Shown here: positions 57,319 through 64,000 of the stretch, piece by piece
Layout of the letters: every line of letters begins with the position of its first letter
Numbering within the stretch: position 1 is the stretch's first letter
Source of the DNA: Bdellovibrionales bacterium
GTDB lineage: Bacteria > Bdellovibrionota > Bdellovibrionia > Bdellovibrionales > UBA1609
Assembly (NCBI GenBank): GCA_965203095.1
Contig: OZ241877.1
Location: 960,001-1,024,000, forward strand
Direction: 5' to 3'
Length of the DNA stretch: 64,000 nt
Made by a program: the position numbers and the translations under genes
Notes under the pieces: model-generated
The model's input: the letters and a program-made list of their open reading frames with translations, nothing else
Told to the model about the DNA's origin: nothing
Database searches by the model: none

Positions 57319-58368
57319 ATGAACGCAGATATTTTAGAAGATTTTGAGAGTTTGATGTTAATCTCAAAACAAAAAGGCCGGCACAAACGGATTAACGGAA
57401 AACAAGCTGTGTTGGGAAAGTTTTTTACTCAAAAAATGTCTTGGTTTGCTGAACCAGTGAGAGAGTTTTTTGAATTTTGTATTAAAAACAACAAACATGT
57501 TTTAGATCCTTTTGCCGGAAAAGGCGATATTTTAAAAAGTCTGTCTCAAAGATATAAAATTATTTGTAAAGGTTATGACCTGTTAGAGAAGAGATGGCCT
57601 GCTAACAACAGTCTTGTCCATATTCCTAACCCCCATTCCGCTCTTATTTGCACTAATCCTCCTTATTTGGCTAAACACAGTGCAAAACGAAAAAACTTGT
57701 TTGAGAAGGTTAAGAGATATTATGCTGAATACTATGATTTATACGAATTGGCCATTGCTCGTGCTATGGAAACCGCTCGATGGGCTATTTTCATTATTCC
57801 TGAAACCTTTTTACATTCCGCTTTTCCAAAAAGCCAATTAAAAACAGCATCTGTAATTACAGAAAATCCTTTCAATGATACAGAAAACCCGGTTTGTGTT
57901 GCTTGTTTTGATTCCACATTTCAGGATGGGGAAAATAAGGCTAAAATATATATTGGAAATCATTATGTTTGTCCCATGTCGGCTATTCGCAGAAAGAGAA
58001 AACGGACAAATTTTAGCAGGCCAATAGTATTCAATGATCCGTCCGGAAGCATTGCATTAAAGGCTGTTGATGGAATGGATCCCGATGACAAAATACGATT
58101 TGAGCGAGCAGAAAGCTTTTATTATGGAAGAGAAAAAATCAAACATTCCAGCAGATTGCTGACATATATAAGCATAAAAGACTTAAGCCAAAGAGAAACC
58201 GATAGGTTTTTAAAAATTCTCAACCAAAAATTAGAAAAAATAAGAGAAAAAACTGCTGATCTTCTTTTATCTCCATTTAAGGGAAACAACAAAACTGGCT
58301 GTCGCCGTCGCCGATTAGATTATGCTTTGGCTCGTCATTTAATAGAACAATCTTTAAATTGTAAGTAA
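57319..58368 (+). CDS. Amino-DNA methyltransferase (type II R-M)
   Basis: G.FFT, VLDPFAGKG (motif I) followed by TNPPY (motif IV). Confidence 0.88.
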   Translation: MNADILEDFESLMLISKQKGRHKRINGKQAVLGKFFTQKMSWFAEPVREFFEFCIKNNKHVLDPFAGKGDILKSLSQRYKIICKGYDLLEKRWPANNSLVHIPNPHSALICTNPPYLAKHSAKRKNLFEKVKRYYAEYYDLYELAIARAMETARWAIFIIPETFLHSAFPKSQLKTASVITENPFNDTENPVCVACFDSTFQDGENKAKIYIGNHYVCPMSAIRRKRKRTNFSRPIVFNDPSGSIALKAVDGMDPDDKIRFERAESFYYGREKIKHSSRLLTYISIKDLSQRETDRFLKILNQKLEKIREKTADLLLSPFKGNNKTGCRRRRLDYALARHLIEQSLNCK

Positions 58369-58372
58369 AAAA

Positions 58373-59366
58373 TTGATTATGTTGCCAGATCCAAATGATC
58401 TGTTCTTAGAATGTTTGCAAAATCCAGAACCTTTGATTGATAAGGCTTACTGTAATGATGAGTTGATCATTTCCAAAGGAGTCCATTGTTTGCCAACAGA
58501 AATTATGAAAGTTCATATACAAGTAATAGAAAGAATTTGCTCATTAAAAATAGCAAAAAAAGATCGCCTGTTTGATAATTACAAAAAACATATTCAAGCT
58601 TTAGATCAGCTTTTAATTGGAAACGAATATGCTCAATTTCTTGAGCTAACCTCTTTTTTCCCCTGCATTAGATGTGAGCTTCTCAGCATATAAAAAACTG
58701 AATTTACCTAACCGGCTTAAATTTTTAGAAATTATCGTTGAGCATTATTTGTCTTGTAGACATGATGCTTACATGTCGCACGGATATTCAGCAACCACAA
58801 TACAGGTGCGGAAAGATTTTGCAAAACATAAAAAACAAGGAGGGCTTGCAAACAAAAAAATTAAAAAGATTTGTGAAGAGTTAGGATATAAACCAGTCCC
58901 TCAAGGCAAAACAATAGGGGAGTTAGAAAGAATGTATTGTTTTATTGATCAAAAACAAGGAAAAAAATCATTACTTGGTTTAGAGAAAAAAGGAGAATCT
59001 TGGTATAGAAAATGGTCAAAAAACCATGAAGGCAAACAAGCGGACTTCTTATTTTCAGGAAATAAAGAAAAATATTTTATTTGTGAGGCAAAACACATTA
59101 AGGAAAGTGGAGGCGGACAAGATAAGCAAATAAACGAGCTGATAGCATTTATAAATAATAAAGATCATAAACAAAAGTTCAATAATATTTTTTATATAGC
59201 TTTTCTTGATGGCGTATACTTTAATAAATTCAAGGAGAAAAACCCTTCAATCAAAATTAAAACACAGAGCCAGCGAATCAAAAAATGTTTACAAAAAAAA
59301 GATAAAACCAATTTTTTTGTAAATACTTATGGATTAAAAAAACTTTTAGCCATAGCTATAAAGTAA
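58373..59366 (+). pseudogene. PD-(D/E)xK restriction endonuclease split by a 1-nt frameshift
   Basis: ORFs 58373-58693 and 58674-59366 overlap in adjacent frames at TTTTTTCCCC (58654-58663). The second has QADFLF...ICEAKHIKESGGGQDKQ...FLDG. Confidence 0.72.
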
Positions 59367-59371
59367 AAGGT

Positions 59372-60331
59372 TTAGAAGTGTAAATAATTCAATAAGGCTT
59401 TCATATCTGGGGGCCAAGGAGATTTAAAAATGATCTGTTTTTTAGAAACAGGATGAGGAAAGCTCAAGCTGTGGGCATGAAGAGCTATCCGTTGGAGTTT
59501 TTTCACCTGCTCTTTTAATCGGAGATCTTTAATAAAAGAGAGTTTTTGCCCGCCATAAGTTTTGTCTCCCACTACAGGGCAAGAAATAGAGTTGAGATGA
59601 AGCCTTATTTGATGAGTTCGACCTGTTTTTAGCCAACACTTCAGCCAAGAAAGGCCACTTTCATGTTGGCAAAACAGCTTGTAAAAGGTTAAAGCAAATT
59701 TGCCTTTGTCTTGATTTTGTTTTAAAGAGATAAACTTTTTTCTGTTTGAGGGATGGCGTGCGATCCTGCTTTTTATCTCTCCCTCAACAGGAGAAGGCCC
59801 TCGGAGGCAAAGTGCCCAATACTCCCTTTGGATATTTCTTTCTTTAAACTGTTGGATCATGAAATCTTGAGCTGATTTTGTTTTTGTTAAGACTAAAAGC
59901 CCGCTCACATCTTTATCTAAACGATGAACTATCCCTGGCCGAAGAGCCCTCGATCCGGGAGAGAGCTTTTTTTTATGGAATAAAATATTAACTAAAGTTT
60001 TCTCCTCATGTCCAGGGGCTGGATGAACCACTAACCCTGCGGGTTTATTAACCACTAAAAGCTCTTTGTCCTCAAAAAGAATTTTTAAAGGGAAATCCCA
60101 TGGTTTTAAATTTAATGTTTTTTTTGGTGGGAATGTGACTCTCAACTGATCTCCTGCTCGCAAACGATAAGAGGCTTTAAGAGGACGATTGTTTAAACAG
60201 ACTTGTTTTTCTAAAATGAGTTTTAAGGCTGATGATCGGCTATCAGTCCATTTTTTTAAGAAAACATCCAGCCTTAAACCTTCAAACTCTTTTTGAACAG
60301 GAATTTTTTTTGTTTGAGAAGACTTTGTCAA
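59372..60331 (-). CDS. rluD: RluA/RluD-family pseudouridine synthase
   Basis: S4 domain RLD, NKPAGLVVHP, RPGIVHRLDKD.SG, TGRTHQIR. Confidence 0.92.
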   Translation of the reverse strand: MTKSSQTKKIPVQKEFEGLRLDVFLKKWTDSRSSALKLILEKQVCLNNRPLKASYRLRAGDQLRVTFPPKKTLNLKPWDFPLKILFEDKELLVVNKPAGLVVHPAPGHEEKTLVNILFHKKKLSPGSRALRPGIVHRLDKDVSGLLVLTKTKSAQDFMIQQFKERNIQREYWALCLRGPSPVEGEIKSRIARHPSNRKKFISLKQNQDKGKFALTFYKLFCQHESGLSWLKCWLKTGRTHQIRLHLNSISCPVVGDKTYGGQKLSFIKDLRLKEQVKKLQRIALHAHSLSFPHPVSKKQIIFKSPWPPDMKALLNYLHF

Positions 60332-60344
60332 AGGTTATTCCAGT

Positions 60345-61040
60345 TTATGTTAGATCCACAGGAGATCTGAGGTAAAAGGCTTGAAGTTGAGACCAGCTTT
60401 TTGCTTGCCTCATGTTTTTTTGTCGGAAAATGATCTGACTCAAATGGAGAGCGGAAGGATAGAGGTTTTTAAATAAAAAAGCTTTAGTTAAGTTTTGAGG
60501 TAAAGGGAAGAAGTCCTTTAAATCAGAAATACAAAACCTCTTTTTTTCTCCCTTTTGTGGAGCTAAGCCTTCCATCTGCTGGAGCCAATCGGGAAAAGGG
60601 AGAAGATGAGCCCGCCCATCTTGATCTTGAAGAGAATTGAATTTTGCAAAATAAACATGGCCCTTAAAGCCATTAAAAGCCACTAAAACAGGCTGAGTTT
60701 GAAGCAAAAGGGCTTCGGCACAAACTCTAAGGGAATTGACAGGGTAGATAGGTAATTTTAAACAAAAGGCCATCGATCGGATAGCCTGAACCCCTGCCCG
60801 GACCCCGGTCCAGCGTCCTGGCCCTATTCCCACAGATAAAAAGCTCAAATCAGAAAATTTTATCCCTCCTTTTTTTAAAGCTTGATCCATTGAGAGAGGA
60901 AGTTTGTCGCTATGAGAGCTTTTAGAGCCTTTTTTGTGCATCCATTTTTTAAAAAAAAGACAGTCTAACTTATCAGATATTTTTGATAGAGCTAAAGAGC
61001 CTTGAGCAGAAGAGCATTCCACAGAGAGGAAATAAGACAT
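60345..61040 (-). CDS. tsaB: tRNA threonylcarbamoyladenosine biosynthesis protein
   Basis: HS..L, G.GPG..TG.R.G, YLR end. Confidence 0.88.
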   Translation of the reverse strand: MSYFLSVECSSAQGSLALSKISDKLDCLFFKKWMHKKGSKSSHSDKLPLSMDQALKKGGIKFSDLSFLSVGIGPGRWTGVRAGVQAIRSMAFCLKLPIYPVNSLRVCAEALLLQTQPVLVAFNGFKGHVYFAKFNSLQDQDGRAHLLPFPDWLQQMEGLAPQKGEKKRFCISDLKDFFPLPQNLTKAFLFKNLYPSALHLSQIIFRQKNMRQAKSWSQLQAFYLRSPVDLT

Positions 61041-62707
61041 TACCAGGCCTTAAGCCAATTATAAATATCATTAAAAAACACAAAAGCCATAAAAGAGAGG
61101 AGAAAAAATAGACCTAACTGCTGAGCCACAAGAATTTTTTTAACAGACAGAGGTCGCCTTAAAATCCCCTCCAGTGTAAAAAATAAAAGATGCCCCCCAT
61201 CCAACATAGGGATAGGCAAGAGATTGATAAAAAATAAATTAAGAGAAATAAAGGCCATCATATAAAGAAAAGAAGACAAACCCTGATGAAATTGGCTGTG
61301 AGCCACCCGGCCAATAAGGACAGGCCCTCCCATAGTTCTTAAAGAAATTTCCCTTTGTGCCAGCCGGACAAGCCCTGCTGTGATATGGTTCAGTTGCTTC
61401 CATGTCTCTTGCACAGAATAAAGCCCTGCCTTTGATAGAGGTCGCTTCCATATAATCTCTTCAGGCAAAACAGTAGTTCCTCCAGAACCAATGCCTAACA
61501 TAAAGCGGGTTTTAATGTTATTTTCCACAAAGAGAGGTTTTGGAGAGATAGACACTGTTTTTTCCTGATTTTCCCGGCGGTATTTTATAGAAAGGGCCTG
61601 CCCTTCAGAACTCTCCACTGTTTTTAAAATTTGTTTCCAGCCTTTAATCATATTTCCATTTATGGCAATAATGCGATCCCCCCGGAGGAGGCCCGCTATT
61701 TCTGCCGGCGTGCCAGGGCCTATGCGATCAATATACAGATCTGCTGGTTCTATTCCTAAAAGAAGAAGTGAGGCTTTTTGTCCTGATTTTGCAGGGAGGA
61801 CAATAGTTTTCTCTTGGCTTAACGAGGTTTTTTTTGATGTTGCTTTTTTGTTGGCCTTTAGCTCTCTTTTCACTGTAAAGGACAAAATCTCATTCTCGTT
61901 TTGGATAAAAGCTTTTAAATCCCTCCAATACCTAAAGCCCCGGCCATTCACTTTCGTGATTTCATCAAAAGATCTCAATCCCGCCCGATGGGCTGAGGAA
62001 TCGTGAATCACACCTATTCGCAAGCCCTTAGAGGCAGGACTTAAGCCTTTAATGGAACCAACAGATCGATTCCATTCCCATGGAAGAGGGTTTTTCCTTA
62101 AAACAGGAGCGATGGTCACAGTTTTTATTTCATTAGTTTGGGATTTAACTTGAAACACAAGCCTTTCCCCCGCTTTTTTTTTGATGATTTGAGAGATCTC
62201 CTCATAGTGGGATAGGCTTTGGCCGTTTACAGATAAAATTTTATCTCCTGATCGAAAGCCAGCAGAATGAGCCGGGGAGAGGGGATCTATATCCCCCACT
62301 ACTGGAGGAATAGAGGGTGAGCCATTAAGAGCTACAAAAAGAAAGAGCAAAAGGCTAAAAATCAGATTCATCAAAGGGCCCGCAAAGGCAATTATCCATT
62401 TTTCATGAACTTTTTTATATAAAAAGCCTTTGGATTTTTCTTTATCCGGCACCTTTGTCAAAGGGTTATCGCCAAACATTTTGACATAACCGCCTAAAGG
62501 AAAAAGAGAGATACAGTAAGTGGTATCACCTTTTTTGTATTTTAAAATTTTAGGCCCAAACCCCAGGCTAAAAACTTCCACTTTGACGCCAAAATACCGA
62601 GCCGCTAAAAAATGCCCCAATTCATGGATAAAAATTAAAACTCCAAGGAGCAGAAAAAAAGGCCCACTGGCAAAAATAAATTTTTGAATTGTAAGCAGAA
62701 AAGACAT
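61040..62707 (-). CDS. rseP: RIP metalloprotease with multiple PDZ domains
   Basis: HELGH, LGGYVKM, AGP..N, NLLPIP.LDGG. Confidence 0.95.
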   Translation of the reverse strand: MSFLLTIQKFIFASGPFFLLLGVLIFIHELGHFLAARYFGVKVEVFSLGFGPKILKYKKGDTTYCISLFPLGGYVKMFGDNPLTKVPDKEKSKGFLYKKVHEKWIIAFAGPLMNLIFSLLLFLFVALNGSPSIPPVVGDIDPLSPAHSAGFRSGDKILSVNGQSLSHYEEISQIIKKKAGERLVFQVKSQTNEIKTVTIAPVLRKNPLPWEWNRSVGSIKGLSPASKGLRIGVIHDSSAHRAGLRSFDEITKVNGRGFRYWRDLKAFIQNENEILSFTVKRELKANKKATSKKTSLSQEKTIVLPAKSGQKASLLLLGIEPADLYIDRIGPGTPAEIAGLLRGDRIIAINGNMIKGWKQILKTVESSEGQALSIKYRRENQEKTVSISPKPLFVENNIKTRFMLGIGSGGTTVLPEEIIWKRPLSKAGLYSVQETWKQLNHITAGLVRLAQREISLRTMGGPVLIGRVAHSQFHQGLSSFLYMMAFISLNLFFINLLPIPMLDGGHLLFFTLEGILRRPLSVKKILVAQQLGLFFLLSFMAFVFFNDIYNWLKAW

Positions 62708-62948
62708 ATAGAGAAAATAAATGAACAGGCACTAAGGTCAAGGGATTTTTTATAAATAAACTTGAGCTTCCTGTCAACACTTAAAAAATTTCTGTCCTTG
62801 CTTTATATTTCAGAAGAGATGAGGAGACTTGTCATAGCTTTGCCGCTCAGGCTTTATGGGCTATTTCTGGTCCAATGTCCTAATAGGCTCAAAAGGGATA
62901 GCCCTAAAACTTGAAAAAACTTTAGAATGTTCATAAGATTTTAAAATC

Positions 62949-63299
62949 ATGTTTAAAGGAAATATCTTAAAGCTTTTTATTGTTTTATTTTGTTTTTCAT
63001 CTTGTGATTCTTTTGATGATTCCGACTCGACCACTGTGCATTCCACAACAGTTTCTCAAACAGCTGTGACAACAAAACAGGTCTCAGTCAGTTGTCAGTG
63101 GGATCTCCTTGGCCCTAAGAAGTCGAAATGCAATGATCAGACTTTTTGTGTGGGTTCAGTATCTTGTTCCCCCAGTGGTCCTTTTTTAAAGCTGGTGATT
63201 TGCAAAGAGCAACACTGTTCTACCCCCCAAAGTTGTATAGCGGATCAGTCCCCAGATACAGCTTTTTGTGGATGGCAGTTGGGATCTAAAATCCAATAA
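62949..63299 (+). CDS. Cys-rich lipoprotein
   Basis: FSSC lipobox, Thr/Ser linker, multiple Cys. Confidence 0.7.
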   Translation: MFKGNILKLFIVLFCFSSCDSFDDSDSTTVHSTTVSQTAVTTKQVSVSCQWDLLGPKKSKCNDQTFCVGSVSCSPSGPFLKLVICKEQHCSTPQSCIADQSPDTAFCGWQLGSKIQ

Positions 63300-63410
63300 G
63301 CTTTTTCAATAAAAAAGAGTTTTCTTAAACCCTGACAAGTTTTGTTTTCTTTAATTTGTCGCCTGTAAAGTTATGACATAAAAATCCCGAAGTTGAGAGT
63401 CTAACAGAGC

Positions 63411-63433
63411 TGGATTCCCGCTCAAGGCGGGAA
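63411..63433. repeat. REP-like hairpin between convergent genes
   Basis: TGGA-TTCCCGC-tcaag-GCGGGAA. Confidence 0.55.
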
Positions 63434-63460
63434 CGGCTAACTAAGATTTTTAGAGAAATA

Positions 63461-64000
63461 TCAAAAGGCAGGGCTGTCTATATCCTTAGGCAGAGGGGGC
63501 ATGGCCTCTTCTGAGGGGATGTGGTTTTCAAAACAACCAAACTCTGCCAGCCACTTAAGCGTCACTTTTCCTGTAGGGCCATTCCTTTGCTTGCCGACGA
63601 TCACTTCGGCCAGCCCTTTCCCCTCCCCCTCTTCATAATAATCCTCCCGATAGAGCATCATGATCAGATCAGCATCCTGCTCAATGGCCCCAGATTCCCT
63701 TAAATCAGAGAGTATAGGCCGGCGGTTGGCTCGCGATTCTACTCCTCGGTTAAGTTGCGACAAGGTAATAATGGGTATTTTTAGCTCTTTAGCAAAGGAT
63801 TTTAACAGGCGAGACATTTCTGAAACCTCCCTTTCCCTGGTCTCGCTTTTTTCCGGCAGTTGCATCAGCTGTAAGTAGTCCACAACGATTAGGTCTAAGC
63901 CTTGTCGGGCTTTTAGCCTTCGGGACTTGGCTCGAATTTCATAAGGGGAAAGAGGGGAGGAGTCATCAATAAAAAGATCTGTTCCGCTGAGTTGGCCGGC
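63461..64000 (-). CDS. dnaB: Replicative DNA helicase (3' part; runs off window end)
   Basis: FIDDS, IVVDYLQL, LSQLNR, SDLRESGAIEQDAD, KQRNGPTG. Confidence 0.96.
   Translation of the reverse strand, partial: AGQLSGTDLFIDDSSPLSPYEIRAKSRRLKARQGLDLIVVDYLQLMQLPEKSETREREVSEMSRLLKSFAKELKIPIITLSQLNRGVESRANRRPILSDLRESGAIEQDADLIMMLYREDYYEEGEGKGLAEVIVGKQRNGPTGKVTLKWLAEFGCFENHIPSEEAMPPLPKDIDSPAF

Noticed and set aside
1..64000. tRNA or rRNA genes
   Set aside because: None recognised by eye; tRNAscan-SE or Infernal would be needed to exclude them.

Overview
This is the replication-origin region of a low-GC bacterium. Gene content and protein style suggest Bdellovibrionota/Oligoflexia, which is an inference. 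From about 22.9 kb to the end the window is mostly core genome: rsmG-mnmG-mnmE-jag-yidC-yidD-rnpA-rpmH, then dnaA-oriC-dnaN, an ABC permease, a NamZ-like hydrolase, purE, trpS, mreC-mreD-mrdA-rodA, purM, rluB-lspA-ileS, a type II R-M pair whose nuclease is split by a frameshift, rluD-tsaB-rseP and the dnaB 3' end. The unusual part is a ~21-kb accessory island between rsmG and parA, around two parS sites. It is a nearly co-directional (minus-strand) array of short genes for exported proteins. These include nine pentapeptide-repeat proteins, several small secreted or lipoprotein families, a Flp-like pilin and a 943-aa prepilin/S74 fibre with a C14 tract. The genes are built from a small kit of re-used non-coding modules: a 17-bp palindromic box at helically phased spacing, sigma70- or sigma28-type promoters sharing a CCGGACA spacer core with leaderless or near-leaderless starts, a pyrimidine-rich 3' module and a G-rich module. 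These modules and the gene halves occur in many recombined combinations. The island also encodes a serine recombinase, an HTH plus HNH pair, and an IS1634-family element flanked by a ~1.16-kb direct duplication. All calls come from reading the sequence and ORF track; no database searches were run.
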